Source: Candidatus Nomurabacteria bacterium
Lineage (GTDB): Bacteria > Patescibacteriota > Minisyncoccia > Phycocordibacterales > UBA9973
Assembly (NCBI GenBank): GCA_023267215.1
Contig: JAHFNS010000001.1
Coordinates: 174,710 to 238,709 of the forward strand
DNA length: 64,000 nucleotides
Reading direction: 5' to 3'
The notes beneath the pieces are model-generated. The model was not told the DNA's origin. It saw only the letters and a list, made by a program, of their open reading frames with translations, and did not search any database. This document shows, one piece after another, positions 18,133 through 27,072 of the stretch. Each line of letters begins with the position of its first letter. The stretch's first letter is position 1. Both the position numbers and the translations under genes were made by a program.

Positions 18133-19839
18133 TTAATATACCTCTTTATTATAACAACTCTTACAAAATATTTTTGGTGCTTCTTCTTTAGTGTAATGGG
18201 TTTTAAAATTAATACCACATTTGTCGCAATTTCTATCAACTTGTTTCATTTGAGAAACCCATATCTTTGCTTTTTCTTCTATTCTACAAAATGGACACTG
18301 TCTAGAAAGAGGCACATTTAATTTTTTTACTAAATCAAGTTCTTGTTTTGCTATTCTGTACCCTCTTGGACAAACACTGCATTTTATAATTTCTTTTAAA
18401 ATTTTGTCATCAGTATTTTTGATATTATCTGGAATTTCTGAAGAATCCAGTGTTATTGGATATTTTTCAAAAAAATGATTACGCCATTTCAATTTATATT
18501 CTTCGACTTCTTTTTCTGTTTTTGGAAATAAAAAGTTAGCATAAGAGTTATTATAAGCGTGTGGAGAAAATTCCATTGGGAAAAATTCTCCATATTTGTA
18601 GATATTTCCTTTTTTGTCTACATATGGCATTTTATTCATGTGTTCAATAATTTTTTCTTTCAATCTAAAATATTCTTCTTTTGTGTATTGTTTATTTAAA
18701 ATACAGTATTTTTTATTTCTTAAAGAGATACATCCAAAACAATCTGACCCTCCGACAACTGACTTACAATATTCTGCATCATTTAATCCCCACCCAGATT
18801 CATGGCTAAATTTAACATTAAATGGGTTCTCCCCGACTGTCACACATTCATAAATCAATTCAGCATTAAATCCCCAATCTACATAATCATAACTATCTTT
18901 CGTAGAGCCTTCTTTCATAAGCATAAGATATTTAGAATTTTCACAGTTTGTAACATCAAAACATTCTTGGCAATTTTTTGATCTAAAAACATAACTACCC
19001 GAAACATTTTTACTTTGAGTTGCCCATACTGGTTGAGGAATATTTTCTTTAAAATATTCCTGCGCTTTTTCTTTCCAATATTGATATTGTTTATATGAAC
19101 CTAAATCAATACTTTTCATTTTATTTTTATATTCCTCTTCAGAAAGTTTCTCACCCATAAATATATATGACCCATTTTTAACATTCACAGCACCCAAACA
19201 ATGATGCACCCCCTCGCAATCTCGAAGAAAGGCACTATCATAACAAAATCTATTATTACTCAAAGATCCTACAATATTAAAAGATTTAAAGAGGTTCGAG
19301 CAATCAAAACACTTTTCTGAATCAAAAACAACTGAACACATATATAAATCTTTATTTCTGGTTAGCCAAAAACTAGAGACACAATCTTCATTGTAATCCG
19401 AGTAATAAACTAAATATAAATTTTTTGAGTGAGCGACATGGTTAACATATGGAGAAGTTTTAATAGTCGCAAAATCGACATGTAAACTCAAAACAGGAGT
19501 TTTTTGCAAAAGTTCTCTCCATTGTTCCAAAAATGGTCTAGAAAAATCAATATTCATACCCATAACAAATGGATCCCAGTTATCACTCCACCAACATTTA
19601 ACACAGTAAACAGTAAAAGGCGTATTTGGTTCATACATAGAAAACCCTTCTTCTCCACAAAGATCACATTTCCGTTTAAATAAAGTAAAATTCGGCATCC
19701 AAATTAATCTTCTTTGTAATCGACAAGATGGGCAAAAAGTTGGTGGTGGAACTTTTATCTTTTCATAAAATCCAAAATCATCTGGCTCGATGATAAAGTC
19801 TTTTTTGCAATTTTTACATTGTCGCATTTCACTTTGCAT
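18133..19839 (-). CDS. Cysteine-rich repeat protein, paralog 2
   Basis: 568 aa; same N-terminal CKNCKKDFIIEPDDFGFYEKIKVPPPTFCPSCR and PYVDKKGNIYKYGEFFPMEFSPHAYN block; diverged C terminus. Confidence 0.8.
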   Translation of the reverse strand: MQSEMRQCKNCKKDFIIEPDDFGFYEKIKVPPPTFCPSCRLQRRLIWMPNFTLFKRKCDLCGEEGFSMYEPNTPFTVYCVKCWWSDNWDPFVMGMNIDFSRPFLEQWRELLQKTPVLSLHVDFATIKTSPYVNHVAHSKNLYLVYYSDYNEDCVSSFWLTRNKDLYMCSVVFDSEKCFDCSNLFKSFNIVGSLSNNRFCYDSAFLRDCEGVHHCLGAVNVKNGSYIFMGEKLSEEEYKNKMKSIDLGSYKQYQYWKEKAQEYFKENIPQPVWATQSKNVSGSYVFRSKNCQECFDVTNCENSKYLMLMKEGSTKDSYDYVDWGFNAELIYECVTVGENPFNVKFSHESGWGLNDAEYCKSVVGGSDCFGCISLRNKKYCILNKQYTKEEYFRLKEKIIEHMNKMPYVDKKGNIYKYGEFFPMEFSPHAYNNSYANFLFPKTEKEVEEYKLKWRNHFFEKYPITLDSSEIPDNIKNTDDKILKEIIKCSVCPRGYRIAKQELDLVKKLNVPLSRQCPFCRIEEKAKIWVSQMKQVDRNCDKCGINFKTHYTKEEAPKIFCKSCYNKEVY

Positions 19840-19842
19840 AAA

Positions 19843-20427
19843 TTATTTCTTAATAATTACAAAAGCTATGCCGTATTTAATGTTTACTTCTTTATATTCT
19901 ATATTTAATTCATCCAACTGTCTTTTCCATCTATTTAATGGAACAGCGAATTGTCCATTTGATAACAACTTCTCTTCTGTTTCATAATCCCCTTTATCCA
20001 TAACATGAATAGCAAATCCACCAGACCTGAGAGAATCATAAGAATTTTTTATTAGATCCCATTGTTTTTCAGTCTCTATAAATTTTAATAAAACATGAGC
20101 ATAAGTAATATCAAAAGGAGCGTTTGGTAAAGTTAAAGTACAGTCATGTTCTACAACATTTTCACCACCTAAAAGGTGATCAACTGTAATATCAAATGTT
20201 GTTATCAAAAGAGGCCTTGTGATAAATTCTTGAAAAATTTTCTCATGATAATATATAAATCTTTTATCTCCACAACCAAGCACTGCAATTTTTACTAAAT
20301 CACTTTTTGTTTCTAGTTTTACTTGCTTAAAAATAAGAAACAACTCGTCTCTTTTTTCTTTAACACGATTTTCAATTTCTTCGTCTGAATAACTTATGTA
20401 TTTTTTATGGTAATCACTTAATTGCAT
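19843..20427 (-). CDS. Small class I SAM-dependent methyltransferase-like protein
   Basis: 194 aa; motif I IAVLGCGDKRF, motif II-like PFDITYAHVLL, LRSGGFAIHV; 4 nt upstream of paralog 2, suggesting translational coupling. Confidence 0.55.
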   Translation of the reverse strand: MQLSDYHKKYISYSDEEIENRVKEKRDELFLIFKQVKLETKSDLVKIAVLGCGDKRFIYYHEKIFQEFITRPLLITTFDITVDHLLGGENVVEHDCTLTLPNAPFDITYAHVLLKFIETEKQWDLIKNSYDSLRSGGFAIHVMDKGDYETEEKLLSNGQFAVPLNRWKRQLDELNIEYKEVNIKYGIAFVIIKK

Positions 20428-20476
20428 ATTTTTATATTAAATTTAAATTGTTGATATAATTTTTTCTCCTAATTTT

Positions 20477-22201
20477 TTAATACACTTCAGCTTGATAACA
20501 ACGTTCACAATAAATTATCTCTTTTCTATCTGGTGCGTAAGAAGTCTCGAATTCATTTTGACAGCCTTCTTTCATGCATTTGCGATGCCAGAGCTTCATA
20601 GGGTTACGCTTCTTTAATCTAGCCTCATGCCTACAAAGAAAACACAGATGTTGTAATGGCACTCCTATCTTTCTATATAAATTCAATTCATCTGGTGTTA
20701 TTTTATAAGCTCCTCTACAATAATTACTTTCTTTGTCTTTATTCTCACAACCTATGACTTCTTTTGTTATAGAATCATCAACATCATCTAAGCTATCTGG
20801 AAGATCTTTAGCTTCTATTGTTATTTCATATTCATTTGCCTTTTTATCTCTCCATCTATAACCCATCTCTAACGCCTTCTGTTTTGTTATTGGAAAATAA
20901 TCTTGAGCTTGAGTCTCGTTATAACAAAATGTCGAAAGTTCTGCTGGAAAAAATTCTCCATATTTATATATTCTTCCTTTTTTGTCCACATACGGCATAT
21001 TCATCATGTGCTCTTTTATTTTGGAAATTAACTCTTCATATTTTTCTTTAGAATATTGTTTATTTAAAATACAGTATTTTTTATTTCGTAATCCAATACA
21101 ACCAAACAAATTTGAACATCCATGACAACTAATGGAATATTCAACATCACTAGAACTATAAACCACACTTGTAAAAAGATTACGATAATTCCCTATCCCA
21201 GTATCGAAACATTCATACACAAGCTCTGCAAACCCTATACCAGGACCAGAATCATAAGTATCTTTCACATTTTTTGCCAACCAATGAGAATTTTTTGTAT
21301 CTTCAACATTTCCACTAATATCAAAACAGGTTTTACAATTCTTTGCACCCTCTAGATTATCACCTGTCGAATTTACAGTTTTTATCTGAACGGCGAAACG
21401 GTGTATTGTTTTTAAACAAAATTCATCAAATTTATTTTTTTGCTCTATGACACTTTTATGTTTCTTAAGATTTAATTTTTCTAAGCGTGTGTTGTATTCT
21501 TCTCTCGTTAGTTGCTCATTCCACATACAGTATGATTTGTTGCGCAAGTTCGTACAACCAAAACAATTTGTACAACCCATACAATCATATAAAAAATATG
21601 AATCAACACAACTTTTACAATTGAAAGAATACAATAAATGATAACTATCAGCACATATCATATCTTCATAACAAAGTTCTGAACGATGTAATATATAAGA
21701 ATCTAAACACTCCCTAGTTTCTGAAATTCTATTTGAATAGAATGTTTTCTCAATTCTCCAAGAACCAGAAGACATATAGCTATCTTTACTTTCTTCTGCC
21801 ACATTACAATAATCACTATTCGTAGCATGTATATTTGAAAGACATTGTATAGGAACACGGTCTCTCAATTCTCTCCATTGTTCAAAAAAATTCTTAGAAA
21901 AATCATATTCCTTTCCATATGAAGTAGAATCCCATGCATCACTCCACCAATATTCTGAATCATATACACAAACTTTTTCTTCTGGAGAAATAAAAGAAAT
22001 TATCGTTTCACTATGATTTGGAGCATCACATTTTCTTCTAAAGAAAGACATTTCATTACGCCAACATAAACGCCGAATAGTCCGACATTCCGGACAAAAT
22101 GTAGGTGGCGGAACTTTTATCTTTTCATAAAAATGAAAATCTTCAGATTCTATCTTAAATTCTTGCTTACAATTTTGACATATTTTAATTTCTTCTTTCA
22201 T
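20477..22201 (-). CDS. Cysteine-rich repeat protein, paralog 3
   Basis: 574 aa; CQNCKQEFKIESEDFHFYEKIKVPPPTFCPECR N terminus; C-terminal KLWHRKCMKEGCQNEFETSYAPDRKEIIYCERCY. Confidence 0.8.
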   Translation of the reverse strand: MKEEIKICQNCKQEFKIESEDFHFYEKIKVPPPTFCPECRTIRRLCWRNEMSFFRRKCDAPNHSETIISFISPEEKVCVYDSEYWWSDAWDSTSYGKEYDFSKNFFEQWRELRDRVPIQCLSNIHATNSDYCNVAEESKDSYMSSGSWRIEKTFYSNRISETRECLDSYILHRSELCYEDMICADSYHLLYSFNCKSCVDSYFLYDCMGCTNCFGCTNLRNKSYCMWNEQLTREEYNTRLEKLNLKKHKSVIEQKNKFDEFCLKTIHRFAVQIKTVNSTGDNLEGAKNCKTCFDISGNVEDTKNSHWLAKNVKDTYDSGPGIGFAELVYECFDTGIGNYRNLFTSVVYSSSDVEYSISCHGCSNLFGCIGLRNKKYCILNKQYSKEKYEELISKIKEHMMNMPYVDKKGRIYKYGEFFPAELSTFCYNETQAQDYFPITKQKALEMGYRWRDKKANEYEITIEAKDLPDSLDDVDDSITKEVIGCENKDKESNYCRGAYKITPDELNLYRKIGVPLQHLCFLCRHEARLKKRNPMKLWHRKCMKEGCQNEFETSYAPDRKEIIYCERCYQAEVY

Positions 22202-22207
22202 TCTAAT

Positions 22208-22232
22208 ATTCTATAGAATTTTAGAATAGATA
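22208..22232. promoter_or_regulatory. Conserved upstream motif ATTCTATAGAAT-TT-TAGAATAGATAC ahead of paralog 3
   Basis: Same 12-bp palindrome plus TAGAATA as upstream of paralog 1. Confidence 0.4.
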
Positions 22233-24308
22233 CTATTCTAATACTTTTTTCAAAACATCTTCTGGTACTTCTTTAATTTCTTTTTTTTCTGTCACAATAT
22301 TTGCTGTATCTATTAAACTTTTTAATTTATCCATATCACTCCTACTTGCTGATTTATCTTTCAAGATATTTTTATGTTCAGGTTTTTCATTTTTTAATTC
22401 ACTCAGTGAAATTGCTGGAGGTTTAGGCACAACTATATTTCCCCTCTCCTTGGTAAGGAGAGGGTCAGGGTGAGGTAAATTTGTTTCATTCAACGCTTTA
22501 TCTAAAACTTCTTTTAATGCTGAATTATCTTTAGCTCCTAAAGGTTTTGATTTTATTTTAAATGGTTCAAAAGAAGGTTTTTTACTGAAAACTTTTTTAA
22601 TAGTTGAAAATATTTTAGGAGAAACAGGTGCTACTTTTTTAATTGGTGCAATATTTTTAATTGGAACAGCTTTACCAAATTCATAACACACAGGTTTATC
22701 TTCTCTGTATCTATCTTCTCCTTCTTTCACATCTATCTCTTCGTTTGTTATATCCTTGTTCTGAAATTCTATTCCTAAATCTGCCAATGGTTTATAAAAT
22801 TTTGTTTCATCTTGTTTTATTTGTTTCATTGAACCAGCCACTGGTTTCAATTCTCCTGCTTTTATTTTAGAGATGCAATCTTTACAATAAACAGCTCGGC
22901 CTGGTTCTGGTTTAAAAGGCACTAACGTATCTTTTTTACAAATAGAACAAACTGCCGGAAATTTCTCCATACTACCTATATCACTTTCGTTACCAAGAGA
23001 CATCCCGCTCCAATTATTAATTTCTCTTTCCACTACTTCTCTTGGTCGACAATAAAGTTCTCGAGAAGTCTTAATAACTTCATCTTCAATATCTTTGTTA
23101 CCAGATTTTACCATCGGCGGAAGAGTTTTAGCAGAAAATGGACGCGAAGAAACACCATCTATCATTAATTTCAAATAAATTTTGTAATTTGGCAAACTGA
23201 CAATATCTTGAGGGGTAAATTCTGGTTCAAATTCTTTTTCTAAAAATTCTGCATCATCTGCACCAACCCTAAAAATCATCATCGTGCCAACGTTACCAAA
23301 AATAGAATCTCTCACACTTGAATTTTTATCTGAAATTAATTGAGCAGTGTATTGATGTGCCACGGTCAAATTTAATCTATATTTTCTAGCCTCGGACAAG
23401 ATACCAGCAAAAGCCTCCGTCACGAAATTTTGAAATTCATCTACATAAAGATAAAAATCTTTTCTATCATCTTCTGGAATACGCACACGTTCCATTGCAG
23501 CCAATTGAATCTTAGTAATTATCATCCCTCCTAAGAGTGCGGAGTTGTCTTCACCGATACGCCCTTTGGAAACATTCACTAAAAAAATTTTCCCTTCATT
23601 CATTATGTCAAAAACATTTATGGTGCTTATGGATTGTCCGACTATATTTCGAATAATAGAAGTGGAAAGAAATTGTCCGACTTTGTTTTGAATAGGTGCA
23701 ATAGCTTCATTTCTAAATTTCTCTTGCCAGGCTTCATATTCATGAACCCAAAAAGCTTTAATGACTGGATCTTTTAAATTCGAAATTATTTTTTGACGAT
23801 AATCTTTATCCACCAACATTCGAGGTATACCTAATAGTGTCGAACCTGGAGTATCAAGCAAAGCTAAAATAGTATTATTTAAAATATATTCCATACGGGC
23901 AGACCAAGCATTTGCCCAAATTTTCGTAAAGATACCCATCAATCCAGAAGCCACTAAATGTTTATACTTTGGATCAACAAGTTCAAGTACATTGAAACCA
24001 ATATGAAAATCTGCATCGGCTGGATTAAAATAAATAACATCTTTCATGCGGTGTGGCGGAATGGCAGAAAGAATGGCTTCCACATTTTCTCCGTGCGGGT
24101 CAACCATACAAACGCCGTCACCATTTTCAATGTTCTGAATGATCATATTAAACATCAAAGCAGATTTACCAGTACCAGACTTTCCAAGAATATAAACATG
24201 CTGACGCCTGTCTTTGCGCTTGATACCAAAAAGCTGGTTTTTATCCCTGTAAGTAGTGTAACCAATATAAGTAAGTTCTTTATTTTTAGGTATTTCCTTC
24301 AGGTCCAT
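22233..24308 (-). CDS. P-loop ATPase of the FtsK/HerA/VirD4 superfamily, paralog B, with a C-terminal CxxC...CxxC zinc-ribbon extension
   Basis: 691 aa; Walker A ILGKSGTGKS, Walker [13 protein letters not shown]; about 45% identical to paralog A over the ATPase core; C-terminal CSICKKDTLVPFKPEPGRAVYCKDC; contains an in-frame GC-rich element at 22441..22476. Confidence 0.75.
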   Translation of the reverse strand: MDLKEIPKNKELTYIGYTTYRDKNQLFGIKRKDRRQHVYILGKSGTGKSALMFNMIIQNIENGDGVCMVDPHGENVEAILSAIPPHRMKDVIYFNPADADFHIGFNVLELVDPKYKHLVASGLMGIFTKIWANAWSARMEYILNNTILALLDTPGSTLLGIPRMLVDKDYRQKIISNLKDPVIKAFWVHEYEAWQEKFRNEAIAPIQNKVGQFLSTSIIRNIVGQSISTINVFDIMNEGKIFLVNVSKGRIGEDNSALLGGMIITKIQLAAMERVRIPEDDRKDFYLYVDEFQNFVTEAFAGILSEARKYRLNLTVAHQYTAQLISDKNSSVRDSIFGNVGTMMIFRVGADDAEFLEKEFEPEFTPQDIVSLPNYKIYLKLMIDGVSSRPFSAKTLPPMVKSGNKDIEDEVIKTSRELYCRPREVVEREINNWSGMSLGNESDIGSMEKFPAVCSICKKDTLVPFKPEPGRAVYCKDCISKIKAGELKPVAGSMKQIKQDETKFYKPLADLGIEFQNKDITNEEIDVKEGEDRYREDKPVCYEFGKAVPIKNIAPIKKVAPVSPKIFSTIKKVFSKKPSFEPFKIKSKPLGAKDNSALKEVLDKALNETNLPHPDPLLTKERGNIVVPKPPAISLSELKNEKPEHKNILKDKSASRSDMDKLKSLIDTANIVTEKKEIKEVPEDVLKKVLE
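22441..22476. repeat. GC-rich palindromic element, family 1 (CCCCTCTCCTTGGTAAGGAGAGGGTCAGGGTGAGGT), inside the CDS in frame
   Basis: Perfect 11-bp inverted repeat; encodes PDPLLTKERG in ATPase B. Confidence 0.6.
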
Positions 24309-24357
24309 ATAGGTAAATTATACATCCTGTAGTCAATTTTAACAATATATTTCAGTC

Positions 24358-24393
24358 AAAAAAAAGACGGAAGCCTTGCTTCCGTCTTTTTTT
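24358..24393 (-). terminator. Intrinsic terminator downstream of dnaK (GACGGAAGC-CTT-GCTTCCGTC plus T-run)
   Basis: 9-bp perfect stem flanked by A-run and T-run (bidirectional). Confidence 0.7.
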
Positions 24394-24394
24394 C

Positions 24395-26317
24395 TTATTT
24401 TGTTTCCCCTTCAGGTTTTTCGCCTGCCTTATCGGCGGGTGAATTTTCTTTGTATTCCGCATCGTGGACTTCGGGATTTTGTTCTTCAGGAGCACTTGCA
24501 GGAGGAGTCTCAGCGCCAGCTTTATTCATAGCCTCACCGATTTTGGACATCTCAGCAGAAAGCTCTTCTGTTGCTTTCTTTATCGCTTCAACATCCGTTC
24601 CGTCTTTCACTCCACGAAGTGTAGTGATTTTCGTATTCACATTTTCTTTCACATCCGCAGGAATTTTTGCTTCATTATCTTTCAATGCTTTTTCAGCAGT
24701 GTAGATAATCATTTCTGCAGTATTTTTGATATCAACAATTTCTCTTTTCTTTTTATCTTCTTCAGCATGAAGCTCTGCATCTTGTTGCATTTTTTTAATA
24801 TCTTCTTCTTTGAGACCAGAACTTGCTTCAATCTTGATTGATTGAGCTTTACCTGAAGCTTTATCTTTCGCAGTCACGTTCAAGATTCCATTTACATCAA
24901 TATCAAATATAACTTCCACTTGTGGTATGCCACGTGGTGCTGGCGGAATTCCATCTAGAATAAAGCGTCCGAGTGATTTATTATCAGAGGCCATTGGGCG
25001 TTCTCCTTGGACAATATGAATCTCCACAGAAGTCTGATTATCAGCAGCAGTTGAAAACACTTGAGATTTTGAAGCTGGAATAGTCGTATTTCTATCAATC
25101 AATTTTGTACCCACTCCTCCTAATGTTTCAATACCTAAAGATAAAGGTATAACATCTAAAAGCAAAACATCTCGCACATCTCCTGCTAAAACGCCTGCTT
25201 GCACAGCAGCACCAAGAGCCACAACTTCATCTGGATTGATAGACATATTTGGCATTTTACCAAAAAGATTTTTCACTGCTTCCACAATCATTGGCATTCT
25301 AGTTTGTCCACCAACCATTATAATTTCATTTATTTCACCCATTTTAAATGGAGAAGCTTCTAAGGCTCTTTTAGTTATTTCAATTGACCTATCAACATAT
25401 TCTTTTGCTAAAGATTCCAAAGTTGCACGAGACATTTTCAAAAGTAAATGTTTTGGTCCACCAGCATCAGAAGTGATAAATGGGATATTTATTTCTGCTT
25501 CCATTGTGGTAGAAAGTTCGTGTTTTGCTTTTTCTGCTGCTTCTTTCAATCTTTGATGAGCAAGAGGGTCTTTGCGAACATCGATACCTGATTCCTTTTT
25601 ATACTCTTCAGCAATCCAAGAAATGATTTTTCTATCAATATCTCCTCCACCCATGTGCGAGTCACCATCTGTAGACTTCACTTCTATCACATCATCTCCA
25701 ATTTCAAGCACAGATACGTCGAAAGTTCCTCCACCGAAGTCATAAACAACTATTTTTTCATTTTTCTTTTTATTAAATCCATAAGCAAGTGCAGCAGCAG
25801 TTGGTTCATTGATGATTCTTTTGACATCAAGCCCTGCTATTTGTCCTGCATCTTTCGTTGCTTTTCTTTGTGCATCATTAAAATAAGCAGGCACAGTGAT
25901 GACAGCTTCTGTAATTTTTTCTCCAAGCTTTGCTTCTACATCTGTTTTTATTTTCTGCAAAATCATCGCAGAAATTTCTTCTGGACGATAAAACTTATCA
26001 GACATTTTTACTTTTACTCCACCATCTTCTCCAGTCTCAATTTTAAACGGAGCAGTTCCTTTATCTTTCTGTACTTCTGGATCATCAAATCTGTGACCCA
26101 TGTATCTTTTTATTTCAGAAATTGTATTTTCCGGATTTGTGACTGCTTGTCTTTTTGCAAGAAGCCCAACGATACGGTCACCATTCTTTGCTGTCGCGAC
26201 GACAGAAGGAGTGGTGCGATTGCCCTCCACATTTTCAATAATTTTTGGCACGCCTCCTTCAATGAAAGCGACTGCCGAATTTGTTGTACCTAAATCTATA
26301 CCTATTATTTTTGACAT
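24395..26317 (-). CDS. dnaK: Chaperone DnaK (Hsp70)
   Basis: 640 aa; [21 protein letters not shown] and VGGQTRMP Hsp70 signatures. Confidence 0.97.
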   Translation of the reverse strand: MSKIIGIDLGTTNSAVAFIEGGVPKIIENVEGNRTTPSVVATAKNGDRIVGLLAKRQAVTNPENTISEIKRYMGHRFDDPEVQKDKGTAPFKIETGEDGGVKVKMSDKFYRPEEISAMILQKIKTDVEAKLGEKITEAVITVPAYFNDAQRKATKDAGQIAGLDVKRIINEPTAAALAYGFNKKKNEKIVVYDFGGGTFDVSVLEIGDDVIEVKSTDGDSHMGGGDIDRKIISWIAEEYKKESGIDVRKDPLAHQRLKEAAEKAKHELSTTMEAEINIPFITSDAGGPKHLLLKMSRATLESLAKEYVDRSIEITKRALEASPFKMGEINEIIMVGGQTRMPMIVEAVKNLFGKMPNMSINPDEVVALGAAVQAGVLAGDVRDVLLLDVIPLSLGIETLGGVGTKLIDRNTTIPASKSQVFSTAADNQTSVEIHIVQGERPMASDNKSLGRFILDGIPPAPRGIPQVEVIFDIDVNGILNVTAKDKASGKAQSIKIEASSGLKEEDIKKMQQDAELHAEEDKKKREIVDIKNTAEMIIYTAEKALKDNEAKIPADVKENVNTKITTLRGVKDGTDVEAIKKATEELSAEMSKIGEAMNKAGAETPPASAPEEQNPEVHDAEYKENSPADKAGEKPEGETK

Positions 26318-26416
26318 ATATTTTATAAGGTTAATTTATAATGTTTAATAATTTTACTAATATTTCGCGACCACTAAAAACTTGTATAATTAGAGTATAT
26401 ATGATAGCATATAGGT

Positions 26417-26974
26417 ATGTCAAGTAAAAATGAATATTCTAATAAAATACTTAAAATTCTAGGTGAAAAACCAGTTATTCCTGTAGACGAAGTAAAAAGA
26501 ATTCACCTCTCCCCAACCCCTCTCCTTGATAAGGAGAGGGGCGAAGGGGTGAGGTCTGGCTATGCCTTAAATCGTTCAATAAAAAACTTAATTGAATCTG
26601 GATGCGTAGATATGATTCAATCTGATAATCAAAATTATTTAAAATTAACCAAAAAAGGGAAAAATAAATTAAACTCTATTAAGCTTGAAGGAGATCAAGC
26701 TCTCGTATCTAACACTTGGGATGGTTTGTGGAGAATAATAATTTTAGATATTCCAGAAAACAGAAAAAACGAAAGAGAAAGTTTACGTTATCTTTTAAAG
26801 AAAGCCGATTTCGTTTGTATTAAGAATACTGTTTGGATATCACCTTTCCCTTATGAACATCTTTTTACAAATATCAAAAAAGATTTAGGTCTCGGTACTG
26901 AACTGATGATTATCGTCACCGACAAAATTGACGAGGAAACAAAACTCGCTTTTTTGAAAAGTCTCAAAAAATAG
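26417..26974 (+). CDS. Hypothetical protein: N-terminal winged-helix-like region plus a C-terminal Cas2/VapD-like segment
   Basis: 185 aa; WDGLWRIIILDIPENRKNERESLRYLLKKADFVCIKNTVWISPFP resembles the Cas2 beta1-alpha1 core pattern; contains an in-frame GC-rich element. Confidence 0.4.
   Translation: MSSKNEYSNKILKILGEKPVIPVDEVKRIHLSPTPLLDKERGEGVRSGYALNRSIKNLIESGCVDMIQSDNQNYLKLTKKGKNKLNSIKLEGDQALVSNTWDGLWRIIILDIPENRKNERESLRYLLKKADFVCIKNTVWISPFPYEHLFTNIKKDLGLGTELMIIVTDKIDEETKLAFLKSLKK
26504..26555. repeat. GC-rich nested palindromic element, family 1 (CACCTCTCCCCAA-CCCCTCTCCTTGATAAGGAGAGGGG-CGAAGGGGTGAGGT), in frame
   Basis: Inner perfect 11-bp stem plus outer complementary arms; encodes LSPTPLLDKERGEGV. 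Confidence 0.65.
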
Positions 26975-27000
26975 GAAATTTAAAAAATTTTAAGAGTCGT

Positions 27001-27045
27001 GTTGGTCCCCTGTCCTCTTGACTCCGAGGGCGAAGGCTCAAGAAA
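27001..27045. repeat. Degenerate GC-rich element (...GAGGGCGAAGGCTCAAG), intergenic
   Basis: Shares GAGGGCGAAGG with the 26504 copy; GC island in an AT-rich spacer. Confidence 0.35.
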
Positions 27046-27072
27046 TTTTTTGAAATTCCCTATTTTTTATTT

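Noticed and set aside
18007-18321. ORF 18007..18321 (+), 104 aa
   Set aside because: It spans the intergenic GC-rich palindromic element and runs antisense into the 3' end of Cys-rich paralog 2. Its apparent coding potential comes from the repeat.
26318-26416. HrcA CIRCE operator (TTAGCACTC-N9-GAGTGCTAA) upstream of dnaK or grpE
   Set aside because: No full CIRCE inverted repeat occurs in the dnaK or grpE upstream regions. There is only an isolated GCACTC within the duplicated 85-nt element.
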